Source: Bacteroidales bacterium (GTDB lineage Bacteria; Bacteroidota; Bacteroidia; Bacteroidales; UBA4417). From it: 64,000 nt of DNA. The notes under the pieces are model-generated. The model did not search any database and was not told the DNA's origin. It saw nothing but the letters and a program-made list of their open reading frames with translations. The translations under genes were made by a program, and so were the position numbers. The stretch covers positions 3,919,293 to 3,983,292 of the forward strand of contig OY762227.1 in assembly GCA_963665485.1 (NCBI GenBank). Reading direction: 5' to 3'. Shown here one piece after another: positions 20,101-28,923 of this stretch. Positions within the stretch are counted from its first letter, which is position 1. Every line of letters begins with the position of its first letter.

Positions 20101-20293
20101 TTAAACCAACTGGTGTTGAAGCTAAATTACCGGAACAAAAATTCCAGTAATAAGAACTTGCACCGATTGATGTATTTTGAATTGATATACTTTGGTTCAC
20201 ACAGACTGTATCAGGAATAATAAAATTAGCAACCTGACTAAAAACCAATAAATTCACTAATAAGAGACTTGATAATAAGAAGAGCTTTCTCAT
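17174..20293 (-). CDS. Large secreted repeat protein (adhesin-like) with a T9SS type-B (gliding-motility-associated) C-terminal sorting domain
   Basis: 1039 aa. It starts with signal peptide MRKLFLLSSLLLVNLLVFSQ. Six repeats of about 50 aa follow, of the form ..IIRLNFG.SL.N.PT.TNLGN.G.. (propeller-like). Then come six 76-aa Ig-like repeats (GDT..C.GD.L.L.S....G.S.LWTGPNGF.STSQNL.IPN......G.YTL...GC). The C-terminus is ELWFPNVFTPNKDGLNDRFKP...IFNRWGQQLFES..GWDGTYNG...PGGVYYY. Confidence 0.85.
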   Translation of the reverse strand: MRKLFLLSSLLLVNLLVFSQVANFIIPDTVCVNQSISIQNTSIGASSYYWNFCSGNLASTPVGLNMGNFGALDRPVYSSIAKDGSNYFVFISNNTDGRIIKLSFGNDMTNTPVATNLGNFGILEANTEGIQIKRDALTGNWFGLVVIGGSVNNLIRLNFGNSLNNIPTVSNLHNIDNLLNYPHTLYTFYENGNWYSFICNFNTSNIIRLNFGTSLANIPTATNLGNVGILIGPVGLYPVQENGFWHLFVINRGDNSLSRLYFGSSLLNTPTGINIGNVGGLLNYPRSISIIKDCGNIFGFVVNEGSNDIVRLTFPDGLSSMPSSTSLGNIGNFSFPHHISELFRVGDSLYTFIMNVNNSTISRLTFPSCINSSIQSSNLQYPPSFFYNNPGTYNISLVVNEGLPSQSNICKEIYVKGFTLPIVTGDTNLCVGDPLNLVSTGSTGDSFLWTGPNGFFSTSRNLIIPSVSLFNAGKYTLTVSGCKNVVVEKLVSVALNPTVTGDAYICFGDTLHLSASSSQANSYLWTGPNGFTSTSQNISIPNAGQSNSGTYTLTVSGCLNPAFNSLVIVATNPTIIGDTTICDGGTLNLSSDAASGNTYLWTGPNGYTSTSQNLTITGITINDAGVYTLHLGGCANVASNWSVNVITRPSVSGDTSVCEGDTLRLNSIATAGNSYFWTGPNGFSSTSQNLSIPNVSSSNSGVYSLMINGCISASFRSTVKISTNPAITGDTTVCVGGVLSLSSNSTSGDTFLWSGPNGYSSSSHILTIPDISILNEGEYTLTLSGCPNVEAKKNVNVISSPTVMGDTLVCAGDTLHLISNADQSYSFLWTGPNGFSSANQDLVIFNFSESQAGRYTLILGGCTNASANKIVSIAPDPFVSLGNDTIICEGSIITLNAGNSGSKYKWNTGESSQKITVEKPGTFTVNVSNGLCSASDEIFIDNCGNELWFPNVFTPNKDGLNDRFKPVSLRGIGSFQILIFNRWGQQLFESNDPYSGWDGTYNGNDCPGGVYYYIAEYILGTQSSISNQRVKRGAITLLR
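17657..19024 (-). repeat. Six tandem 228-nt (76-codon) coding repeats (Ig-like modules) inside the T9SS type-B protein
   Basis: I counted aa 424..879, and each unit is exactly 76 aa. The WTGPNGF codons recur. I confirmed the coordinates by locating the repeat-6 Trp codon at 17807..17809. A seventh, degenerate unit follows toward 17460. Confidence 0.8.
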
Positions 20294-20544
20294 AATATCA
20301 TTTAATAAAATAAAAAAAATAGACTATAAAATTAGTGTATTTTATAAATCCTCTTAATAAAGTTAATAATTTTTCAAAATATCTTTGAAAATTTATTGCT
20401 AAATGACTTAAAACAAAAAAAGGAGATATTTCACATGTATTATATTTGCATTATTTCAAATAAATTTGAAACTCAACAAATCTTCCATTAAATGTATTAA
20501 CACTGCTTTTCACAAATTATTAAAGAGTAATTAATTGTCTAAAA

Positions 20545-21522
20545 TCAATATCTCTCATTAATCATCTTATTCACGAACTCGGCTATATCTGTATTACCGG
20601 CAAAAACCTTGTCGAGCTGCAGCATCATATGATAACCGGTTTCGGGCATATCGCTTTCGGATAATTTTTTAAGAATGATACTCATTGCAATTCGGCCTTC
20701 GAGTACCACTTTGTTAGGAATACCTTCGTTGAAAAAGCCTTTACCAATAAGTAATCCAAGCGTGCGGTTGCGACTCAGGTCGTTGAGTGCCGTTAGCCCG
20801 AAATCTCCGATACCGCAATAGTGGAACATGGTTTCCTCGTGGCCGCCAAAGTGAATCAGGATTTTACGCATTTCGTTAAAAGCCCTGGTAAACATCATAA
20901 ACCGGAGATTTGGCGAATTAAAATGAGCGTCGACAATTCCAATTAAAATGGCATAAATATTTTTAAGAATACTGACTATTTCGACTCCAAGAAGATCAGT
21001 TGTTGTGTCAATAAATATATTAGTTTCATCAAACAAGGGTTCCAGCAATCTACAAAGCTCATCATCAGCAGATGCCAGGGTAAATGAAGTTGGACTATTA
21101 TTAACAATTTCGCGGGCAAAGGAAGGCCCCTTAAGCGCACATACCGGATTTGGAAGATGCCCGGCGAGACATTGCGAAATAATCTGATCGTGGCAGCCAA
21201 ATCCTTTGGCAAGGTTCACTAAAATGGCTTTTTCAGGAAGCAACAGCTGGATATCCAGCATGTAATCAACTACTGCTACAGAGGGAATAGCAATAAAAAC
21301 CACGTCCGCGTCTTTCAGAATGTTCTGATCCGTTGTAGCCTTCAATTCGTGTGACAAGCGGATATTCGGGAAATATTTCTGGTTGATATGGGAAGTTCTG
21401 ATGGTTTCGACAACATCCTTCTCAATCGATAATAAGCTGACATTCAAATCAGAACGGACAGCCAGTGAGTTTCCCAAAGCAGTGCCAATAGAGCCGGCAC
21501 CCAGAAAAACAATATTTTTCAT
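20545..21522 (-). CDS. gpsA: NAD(P)H-dependent glycerol-3-phosphate dehydrogenase family protein
   Basis: MKNIVFLGAGSIGTALGNSLA is the Rossmann motif, followed by ..INQKYFPNIRL..IAIPSVAV.. and C-terminal GRIAM, all GpsA-like. 325 aa from the ATG at 21522. Alternative starts are ATG 21531 and TTG 21537. The sequence is somewhat divergent (GSIG rather than GSWG). Confidence 0.7.
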   Translation of the reverse strand: MKNIVFLGAGSIGTALGNSLAVRSDLNVSLLSIEKDVVETIRTSHINQKYFPNIRLSHELKATTDQNILKDADVVFIAIPSVAVVDYMLDIQLLLPEKAILVNLAKGFGCHDQIISQCLAGHLPNPVCALKGPSFAREIVNNSPTSFTLASADDELCRLLEPLFDETNIFIDTTTDLLGVEIVSILKNIYAILIGIVDAHFNSPNLRFMMFTRAFNEMRKILIHFGGHEETMFHYCGIGDFGLTALNDLSRNRTLGLLIGKGFFNEGIPNKVVLEGRIAMSIILKKLSESDMPETGYHMMLQLDKVFAGNTDIAEFVNKMINERY

Positions 21523-21538
21523 TTCCCTCATAATCAAT

Positions 21539-23038
21539 TTACTTTTTAATCAGTCGAAGTACATTCTGCTTAAATTCTCCCGGATTGTGCCATTTAGCCC
21601 AGCCGCTTCTCAACACTGATAGTTCAACAGGATTATAAAACCTGAACAAGTACAGTATAAACGGATAAGACAGGATAACAAATAATTTGGCTACCAAACG
21701 TGGAATTAAATCCCAGGAATTGAAGAAAACCGATATCCCAAACAATCCGGCTGCAAGTATAAGCATTAATGCAATCCGTTTCATCTCATAGGGAATAAGG
21801 TAATTTCTCTGAGCATAGTATAAGGTCAGTGTAAAAAAAACCAACATCGACAACATTTTTGAAAGTGCGGCTCCCTGGTTACCCCACAAACGGATAAGTA
21901 CAATATTCAGAACTAAATTTATTACTGCTGTAACAATAACCGTAAAGGCGATTACTTTTGTTTTCTTAGAAATACTCAGTCCGGTAGTGACCACATCTTT
22001 CATCATCCCAAAGACAATGGAATAAATTATAAACGGAAAAATATACCAGGCATCAAAATACTCAACACGCCTTGCAAAAAGCTTTGTGATCTCCATTCCG
22101 AAAACCATCATCGCCAGTGCTACTATCATTGTGCCATAGGTATAATAAGTGAGCAACCTGGCATAAAATTTCTTATTGACAGGATCATTCATCATGCGGT
22201 AAATCATAGGCTGAATGGCAAAATTCACCGAAGTTATGAGAAATACATTCAAGGTATTAGCAAGCTTATAACCATATGAATATAAACCGACATCAGCCAT
22301 ATTACCCAGAACCTTTATTGAATACCGATCGGTAACATTAAGAAATACCAGTGCTACTCCTGAAAAAAATAAAGGCAAACAATACACAAGTATATCCCGT
22401 AACATCGCGGTTTCAAATCTGAAAACCATATTCCTGAGCGAGTAGCGTACCAAAACTGAAGCGAATGCAAGGCTACCGGCAATCTGGCCGTAATAAATGC
22501 CTTCGATACCTGAATGGCGGTAAACAATAAAATAGATTGTAACAGACAAACTAAAAACGAGTTGCAACAAATTGGCAAGTGTAAAAAGCCATGGTTTTTC
22601 CTGAAGTCGTAATAAAGTATTAGGCATCAACAGAACAGTCTGCATCAATGCTGATATCAGCATCAGTTTCAACAAAAAAGCATAATCAGGCGTATCCAGA
22701 ATAAGCTGCGAAAAGCATTTCAGGAAAGGCAACATTGCGAAGTACGCAAGTATAACTACCCCGATCTGAAATAGTGTTACCGTAAAAAACAAGGATTCCT
22801 TTTTATTTTCGGCACTTTTATCCCAGTACCACCTGAAAAAACCTGAATACAGCGAGAATCCGAAAAAAGATATTATTACTACTGCACTCACTTCGAGCAG
22901 GCCAAGCACCCCGAACTGGGCTACCGAAAAACTCCTGGTGTATAATGGAATAAGTACAAAGCCAGCCAATTTGGTCGACAAAGTGCCTAGTCCATATATC
23001 GCAGACAAGCGGAAAAGTTTTCGGAATTCAGCTAACAT
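21539..23038 (-). CDS. Polysaccharide biosynthesis protein / flippase (MOP superfamily)
   Basis: 499 aa polytopic membrane protein. The N-terminus RLSAIYGLGTLSTKLAGFVLIPLYTR is typical of Wzx-like flippases. Confidence 0.75.
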   Translation of the reverse strand: MLAEFRKLFRLSAIYGLGTLSTKLAGFVLIPLYTRSFSVAQFGVLGLLEVSAVVIISFFGFSLYSGFFRWYWDKSAENKKESLFFTVTLFQIGVVILAYFAMLPFLKCFSQLILDTPDYAFLLKLMLISALMQTVLLMPNTLLRLQEKPWLFTLANLLQLVFSLSVTIYFIVYRHSGIEGIYYGQIAGSLAFASVLVRYSLRNMVFRFETAMLRDILVYCLPLFFSGVALVFLNVTDRYSIKVLGNMADVGLYSYGYKLANTLNVFLITSVNFAIQPMIYRMMNDPVNKKFYARLLTYYTYGTMIVALAMMVFGMEITKLFARRVEYFDAWYIFPFIIYSIVFGMMKDVVTTGLSISKKTKVIAFTVIVTAVINLVLNIVLIRLWGNQGAALSKMLSMLVFFTLTLYYAQRNYLIPYEMKRIALMLILAAGLFGISVFFNSWDLIPRLVAKLFVILSYPFILYLFRFYNPVELSVLRSGWAKWHNPGEFKQNVLRLIKK

Positions 23039-23256
23039 TTACTTAAATAATGTTGAAAGGCGCAAAGGTAAAAGAAATTTCGGGCTAAATTTTATTTAGA
23101 TGCGCTGTCAAGCAAAAAGGAAAAAGAGATAAATCAAAGCAAGTTTAGTCCGCAATATGTTAGAAAAAAAAATTAAACCAATGTAACATTTAGCTCAAAC
23201 CGGGGTGATTCGAAAAATACAGAGTAGATTCATTCAGTCACAAATAACCTGACTGT

Positions 23257-24258
23257 CTAACGGCGTACCACCGGCTTTTTATCATGCCCGAAGCGTGGAA
23301 GCCTTCCGAATTTTCTTTTTGCATTCCGGATGCTGACATTAAGTTCAAATCCAATCAGAACGATCATTGCATTAAAATAAATCCAGACCATTATAATGAT
23401 AAGGGTTCCGATTGATCCATACAACGAATTGTATCGTGAAATGCTGTTGACGTAATAATTAAATGCAACCGAAGCCAGTATAGTGAGTACGGTGGAAAGA
23501 GTACTTCCGGCCGAAAAAAACCTGAACCTTGATTCAGCCGCGGGCGCCAGATAATAAAGAAATGAGAAAGCAAAAAACAACATCGCTGATGATATCAGCC
23601 ATTTCCCCGCTATAAGCAAGTAATATGTGAAACTACCCCGCAGCAAATTATGCTTTACAAGGATATCAAGAGCCACAGGACCGAGTGTAATTAAAACAAT
23701 AGCAACGATAATCAATAATGAAAGAATAACCACCAGCACTATCGCTATCAGTCGCTGTTTAACCCATGAACGGGTTTCGATAGTGTGACGGGATTGGTTA
23801 AATGCTACTATCAGGCTGTGAATTCCGTTGGTTGAGAAATACAATGCCATTACAAATCCTAATGACAAGAGTCCGCCACGAGGTCGTTTTACGATATCAA
23901 ACAGAGTTCCCTCAACTGCATCAAATGCTTTTTTAGGAATAAAGTTTCGCATCAATTCCAGTAAATTATCCTGAAAACCAACAATCGGGATGTAAGGGAT
24001 GATGGTAAAGAAGAAAATAATTGTGGGGAAAAGTGCCAGAAAAAAATTGTACGAAAAAGCTGCTGCCCGCATCGAAATTGCGCCTTTTTGCAATCCTTTT
24101 ATGAAAAACGCGGCCACATCATAAACTGGCATTCCATCGAAGCCGGGAATTACAAGCTTTCTTAAAAACTTTTCAGCCGATATTACCTGGTCACTATTTA
24201 ACAGCAGGTTGCGCTTAACTTGAAAATAATTGTTCAGCCTGACTGAAATCTTTGCCAT
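23257..24258 (-). CDS. YihY/BrkB family inner-membrane protein
   Basis: 333 aa. It has AAAFSYNFFLALFPTIIF, about 6 TM segments and YGSIGTLIIIMVWIYF, which are characteristic of YihY (the former ribonuclease BN-like family). Confidence 0.78.
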   Translation of the reverse strand: MAKISVRLNNYFQVKRNLLLNSDQVISAEKFLRKLVIPGFDGMPVYDVAAFFIKGLQKGAISMRAAAFSYNFFLALFPTIIFFFTIIPYIPIVGFQDNLLELMRNFIPKKAFDAVEGTLFDIVKRPRGGLLSLGFVMALYFSTNGIHSLIVAFNQSRHTIETRSWVKQRLIAIVLVVILSLLIIVAIVLITLGPVALDILVKHNLLRGSFTYYLLIAGKWLISSAMLFFAFSFLYYLAPAAESRFRFFSAGSTLSTVLTILASVAFNYYVNSISRYNSLYGSIGTLIIIMVWIYFNAMIVLIGFELNVSIRNAKRKFGRLPRFGHDKKPVVRR

Positions 24259-24353
24259 TTATTGAAATTTGATTCCCCGACTTTAAGACCGGGCAAATGA
24301 TTCTTTATTTTACCCCGCGAACAAGAGGTCGGGGCAGGAAATTTCACTAATCC

Positions 24354-25190
24354 TTATTTAATTGCTTTCAGGCTTAAATCAAGGCTGTTGATATGGTGAG
24401 TAAGCGCTCCTACCGAAATAAAATCAACTCCACATTCGGCATACTGCCGTATAGTTTGTAAAGTGATGCCTCCGGAAGCTTCGGTTTCATATTTTGAACC
24501 AATCAGGTTTACAGCCTGTCTAAGCGTCGTGAAAGAGAAGTTATCGAGCATAATACGATTTACACCACCATGCTCAAGCACCTGGTTCACTTCGTCGAGG
24601 TTGCGGGTTTCAATTTCAACTGTCAGGTGCAAACCTTTATGATGCATGTATTCCTGGCAGGCCGAAATAGCTTTTGCTATTCCGCCAGCAAAATCCACAT
24701 GATTGTCTTTTATCAGAATCATATCATACAGGCCGAAACGATGATTAAAACCACCTCCCAACCTTACTGCCATTTTCTCGAATTCACGGAGCAAGGGAGT
24801 TGTTTTACGGGTATCGAGTATTCGGGTTGGTAAGCCTTCGATGGCATCCACCATTAAGCGGGTTTGTGTGGCAATTCCGCTCATCCGCTGCATAAAATTA
24901 AGCGCTGTACGCTCAGCTGTGAGCAAAGCCATGGAAGGGCCGCTCACTTCGAAAGCCACATCCCCTACTTTTACACGCGAGCCATCCTGGATAAACTGCT
25001 CCAATACAATCCGGTCATCGGTTTGAGAAAATACTTTTCGCGCCACGGCAACGCCTGCCAGCACACCGGCTTCTTTTACCAGTAAACGTGCTTTGCCGAA
25101 GGCATTTGGCGGAATAGTCGATAAAGAAGTATGATCACCTTCGCCTATATCTTCACGAAGTGCCTTAGTTATAATTTCATCAATAGTCAC
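24354..25190 (-). CDS. nadC: Nicotinate-nucleotide diphosphorylase (carboxylating), quinolinate phosphoribosyltransferase
   Basis: 278 aa. It has ALREDIGEGDHTS, ERTALNFMQRMSGIAT, ILDTRKTTP, HRFGLYDMILIKDNH and GALTHH. The start is a GTG at 25190, and no upstream in-frame ATG exists. Confidence 0.9.
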   Translation of the reverse strand: MTIDEIITKALREDIGEGDHTSLSTIPPNAFGKARLLVKEAGVLAGVAVARKVFSQTDDRIVLEQFIQDGSRVKVGDVAFEVSGPSMALLTAERTALNFMQRMSGIATQTRLMVDAIEGLPTRILDTRKTTPLLREFEKMAVRLGGGFNHRFGLYDMILIKDNHVDFAGGIAKAISACQEYMHHKGLHLTVEIETRNLDEVNQVLEHGGVNRIMLDNFSFTTLRQAVNLIGSKYETEASGGITLQTIRQYAECGVDFISVGALTHHINSLDLSLKAIK

Positions 25191-25211
25191 GTAAAAGAGG
25201 ATTTGGTCTGA

Positions 25212-25619
25212 TTAGTCAGTCTCGAAATGAATCTGCTGTATCATCAGCTGATTTGAAACCGGTTTCAGAAAGATATAAACATTTAATTTTTCAGTCTTGC
25301 TTTTATAAGTACCAATAATAAATTGCGCTCCACCAGCCGAATTACGATTCTGATTAACAATAAAGGAAACAGGAGCTGATTTTGCAAAAAAAGCTTTAAT
25401 TATCATTTCGGCCTGAGCTTTGCTGAATGTCCCATCGCTGCCAGGCAGGATAATTTCAACGGTTGGTCCAAAATATTTTGATAAATCCTTTGAATTTCCG
25501 GCTCTGATAGAGGCTGCAATATCTTCGACAATTCCAGCTGGCTCTAATGATACAGCAGAACTGGAACTGAAAATAATCACAGAAAAACAGAAGATTATAA
25601 TTCTCAATACATTTTTCAT
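25212..25619 (-). CDS. Small exported protein (DUF4783-like)
   Basis: 135 aa with signal peptide MKNVLRIIIFCFSVIIFSSSSA. It lies immediately upstream of nadC on the same strand. The family name is from memory and is unverified. Confidence 0.45.
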   Translation of the reverse strand: MKNVLRIIIFCFSVIIFSSSSAVSLEPAGIVEDIAASIRAGNSKDLSKYFGPTVEIILPGSDGTFSKAQAEMIIKAFFAKSAPVSFIVNQNRNSAGGAQFIIGTYKSKTEKLNVYIFLKPVSNQLMIQQIHFETD

Positions 25620-25819
25620 TCGTTATTATTTGTTTTTTACGGGTGGCATGAAACTACTCACATCAGGCTTATTTTTAATGGTGTTCGTGAGCCAAGGGGT
25701 TCGCCAGATTGATCACAATTTCATTCTTTGTTGGTATTCTTTAACAACACTGTAAAGGTACAAAAATCAAACCAAAAAATTCCAGAATGATTTATCTTCC
25801 AAAAATTAAAGAGTGTAGC

Positions 25820-25827
25820 TATCTTTG
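25820..25827 (+). promoter_or_regulatory. TAnnTTTG -7-type promoter motif upstream of rlmH
   Basis: tatctttg lies 67 nt upstream of the ATG at 25895. Confidence 0.35.
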
Positions 25828-25894
25828 AAGCGCGGGAAATTGGCTCTTTCTCAAAAAGCCGGTTGCCCGCAGGAAATCACAAATAACTGGTTGA

Positions 25895-26368
25895 ATGAAC
25901 ATTACACTCCTTATGATTGGAAATACTTCGGAAGCTTTTGTGCTTGATGGGTATGAAGTATTTATAAAAAGGCTGAAACATTATGTTAAAGTAAAAGAAG
26001 TTGTGATTCCGGATATAAAAGACAGAAAGCACCTGAATCCTGAGCAGATTAAAGAAAAAGAAGCGGTAATTATCCTTGAGAAGTTAAATTCAGCCAACTA
26101 TTCAGTTCTGCTTGATGAACGTGGTAAAGAATTCAGCTCGGTTGAGTTTTCGCAATTTCTCCAGAAAACAATGAATGCGGGAACCCGCGAGCTGTTTTTT
26201 ATCATCGGCGGGGCTTATGGAGTTGCTGAAAGTGTAAAACAAAAAGTTGACAGTACAGTTTCTCTTTCGCGAATGACTTTTACCCACCAGTTTATCCGCC
26301 TGCTTTTTGTGGAACAATTGTACCGAGCCATGACGATTCTTAAAAATGAACCTTACCACAACGAATAA
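25895..26368 (+). CDS. rlmH: 23S rRNA (pseudouridine1915-N3)-methyltransferase
   Basis: 157 aa SPOUT (SPOUT_MTase/YbeA) pattern: [50 protein letters not shown]. Confidence 0.9.
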   Translation: MNITLLMIGNTSEAFVLDGYEVFIKRLKHYVKVKEVVIPDIKDRKHLNPEQIKEKEAVIILEKLNSANYSVLLDERGKEFSSVEFSQFLQKTMNAGTRELFFIIGGAYGVAESVKQKVDSTVSLSRMTFTHQFIRLLFVEQLYRAMTILKNEPYHNE

Positions 26369-26372
26369 CCAT

Positions 26373-26957
26373 ATGACCCACGAACTTATTTTTGCGACCA
26401 ACAACCTTCATAAACTTACTGAAATACAATCAATTGTTGGTAAGAATTTCACCATCAAAAGCCTTCATGAAATTGGTTGTACCGAAGATATACCGGAAAC
26501 AGCGCCTACACTCGAAGGCAACGCTTTACTTAAAGCAGAGTATATTTACGACAAGTTTGGTAAAAATTGTTTTGCCGACGATACAGGGCTTGAGGTAGAA
26601 GCCCTTGATGGACGCCCGGGAGTATTTTCGGCCAGGTATGCTACCGATGGTCACGATTTTGAGGCAAATATTGATAAAGTTCTCGATGAACTATCAGGAG
26701 TTGAAAACCGCAAAGCCCGTTTCCGTACTGTAATAGCGTTGATTTTAGATGGTTCGGTGCAATATTTCGAAGGAATAGTGAATGGCGAAATTATTGCTGA
26801 GAGAAAAGGTGTAAAAGGCTTTGGTTATGACCCGGTATTTCTGCCAGATGGATATGAACAAACTTTTGCTGAAATGCCGCTTGCCGAGAAGAATAAGATC
26901 AGCCACAGGGCCAGAGCGGTAAGCAAATTGGTTGAATTCCTTAATTTGGAGATCTGA
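26373..26957 (+). CDS. rdgB: Non-canonical purine NTP pyrophosphatase (dITP/XTP pyrophosphatase, Ham1 family)
   Basis: It has [61 protein letters not shown] and ISHRARA. I prefer the ATG at 26373. The track start at 26346 overlaps the rlmH 3' end. Confidence 0.87.
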   Translation: MTHELIFATNNLHKLTEIQSIVGKNFTIKSLHEIGCTEDIPETAPTLEGNALLKAEYIYDKFGKNCFADDTGLEVEALDGRPGVFSARYATDGHDFEANIDKVLDELSGVENRKARFRTVIALILDGSVQYFEGIVNGEIIAERKGVKGFGYDPVFLPDGYEQTFAEMPLAEKNKISHRARAVSKLVEFLNLEI

Positions 26958-27065
26958 GGATTTGAGGATCCGAAAATGAAGAATTTAAATATAAATTGAT
27001 TGGAATTAAGTTTTGACTATACCAAAGTCATTATTATTCAAAACGCAGTGATATCAGTTTTAAAT

Positions 27066-27653
27066 TCACTTCTTTTCGTAAGTATAATGCCCGATAATCT
27101 TAAACTCAAATAAACAATCAGCAAGAACTTGTCCACCACCGATGTTGTGGACGATTAAATTATGGTTACCGCCGGCATTTTTTTTGCCGACAACAATTCC
27201 TATGTGTGTTATTCCTCCACCCAAATCCCAGCAAACAATATCGCCAGGTAGATAATCTCCGGGTTTCTGTGTTATAGGCTTAACCAGGCCATTTCGCGAA
27301 AAGAATGTCATTAAATTCAGAACCCGCCGGTGATCAATATTTTTGTCGGGACCGGATAATCCCCATTTCTGTGGGTATTTTCTGAAATTAGCTTTTATGT
27401 CCTCATGAACGTCCTTTTGCAGGTCAATTCCTAGTTTCCGGTAGGCACGGATCACTACATCGGTGCAAACTCCTTTGTTGGCAGGAATGTCACCATTGGG
27501 GTACCCAATGGTAAAGTAAGCCGGATCGTAACTAACTTTTTGCTTTGTTAATTCGAGCGCCGCATCTGAAAGTCTTTTACTAAAATCAGTTTGTCCAACA
27601 GCCATTAAGTCGGGCAAATAGAAAACGAGAAAACAGATTAAAATCTTCCTCAT
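27066..27653 (-). CDS. Exported DUF1287-like protein
   Basis: 195 aa with a signal peptide. It has YDPAYFTIGYPNGDIPANKGVCTDVVIRAYRKLGIDLQ and DIVCWDLGGGITHIGIV, which match my recollection of DUF1287. Confidence 0.6.
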   Translation of the reverse strand: MRKILICFLVFYLPDLMAVGQTDFSKRLSDAALELTKQKVSYDPAYFTIGYPNGDIPANKGVCTDVVIRAYRKLGIDLQKDVHEDIKANFRKYPQKWGLSGPDKNIDHRRVLNLMTFFSRNGLVKPITQKPGDYLPGDIVCWDLGGGITHIGIVVGKKNAGGNHNLIVHNIGGGQVLADCLFEFKIIGHYTYEKK

Positions 27654-27775
27654 TAGTAAATCAATTCAATTTCAAAGCCAGTAAATCGCTACATGAATAT
27701 ATGCTAACATTAAGAACTAATATCCGGAGTAACTTGATCAAGCTGATTTTACTACTTTTCTTACGATTCGGTGTG

Positions 27776-28759
27776 TCACTTCCTCATAGCCTCGTTAACC
27801 AAAGCGCCAAAGAATTGCTTCAGTTCGTAGCCGGCAGCTTTTGCCTGCTTGGGAATAATACTTTCGGCTGAGAAACCCGGAACTGTATTAACTTCCAGGA
27901 ACCACCATTCGTTATCCGTGAGGAAATAATCGAACCTGACAACACCTTTGCAATTGAACTTGCGGTACATGTATTCTGTGAGCCGCCTGCATTCTGTTGA
28001 TTGTTCTTTGGTTATAGGGGCCGGTGTAATTTCACTGGCAAGGCCTTCGGTATATTTCGCCTGGTAATCAAAGAAATCGTTTTTTGAAACAACTTCCGTT
28101 ACCGGAAAAACTTCAACGTCTCCATTGATAGTAAACACGCCGCAAGCCATTTCACGACCCTTGATAAATTGCTGAACCAGCACTTCATCATCTTCGGCAA
28201 ATGCTTTGTTGATGGCAGCTTCGATTCCGGTAAGGTCATAGACTTTCGAAACACCTACACTCGAGCCGGCTTTATTAGGTTTTATAAAACAGGGCAATCC
28301 AACTTCTTTTACAAGCACATCTGCTTTCCAGGATTCGCCTTGCCTGATAATTATAGTTGTAGCTACTTTAACACCATATTGTTTGGCCAAATCGTTGCAG
28401 AAATACTTGTTAAATGTTAACGCAGAAGTTGTTACATCGCATGTTGTATACGGAATCCCGGCCATTTCGAGATAGCCCTGGAGTTTTCCGTCTTCGCCCG
28501 GAGTACCGTGAATAGCGATAAACGCACAATCAAACTTCACAGATTCGCCATCAATCAGCAGGCTATGAGTATTCCTGTCGAAAGGAATCTGTTCCCCGCT
28601 TTCATCGAAATACAGCCAGCTGCCATCGTGTATCAGCACCGGGTAAACCTCATATTTTTCAGGATCGAGGTGATTTTTTATCTGTCTGGAACTGGCAATT
28701 GAAACTTCGTATTCGCCTGAATCACCACCCATGAACAACACAACTTTGATTTTACTCAT
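27776..28759 (-). CDS. ddl: D-alanine--D-alanine ligase
   Basis: 327 aa. It has VLFMGGDSGEYEVSIAS, AFIAIHGTPGEDGKLQGYLE, the ATP-grasp motif PCFIKPNKAGSSVGVSKV, and FLEVNTVPG. Confidence 0.9.
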   Translation of the reverse strand: MSKIKVVLFMGGDSGEYEVSIASSRQIKNHLDPEKYEVYPVLIHDGSWLYFDESGEQIPFDRNTHSLLIDGESVKFDCAFIAIHGTPGEDGKLQGYLEMAGIPYTTCDVTTSALTFNKYFCNDLAKQYGVKVATTIIIRQGESWKADVLVKEVGLPCFIKPNKAGSSVGVSKVYDLTGIEAAINKAFAEDDEVLVQQFIKGREMACGVFTINGDVEVFPVTEVVSKNDFFDYQAKYTEGLASEITPAPITKEQSTECRRLTEYMYRKFNCKGVVRFDYFLTDNEWWFLEVNTVPGFSAESIIPKQAKAAGYELKQFFGALVNEAMRK

Positions 28760-28834
28760 AGTATTGAAATTTTATTCGCTTTAAAAGTGCAAAGTTAAAG
28801 AACCTTTATATACCAACACTGCCATGTAAATTTA

Positions 28835-28842
28835 TATCTTTG
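28835..28842 (+). promoter_or_regulatory. TAnnTTTG -7-type promoter motif upstream of the PASTA-domain gene
   Basis: tatctttg lies 81 nt upstream of the ATG at 28924, in the ddl-divergent intergenic region. Confidence 0.35.
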
Positions 28843-28923
28843 CAAAACAGAAACAATAATTACGCTCTCTTGCAGTTTATATAAGCAAGGGCTAACCAGC
28901 ATAATTCTGGCACAGAAAGGCTT

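Noticed and set aside
26346-26372. Upstream start for rdgB overlapping rlmH
   Set aside because: The ATG at 26373 gives the conserved N-terminus (..LIFATNN..) without overlapping the rlmH stop at 26366..26368.
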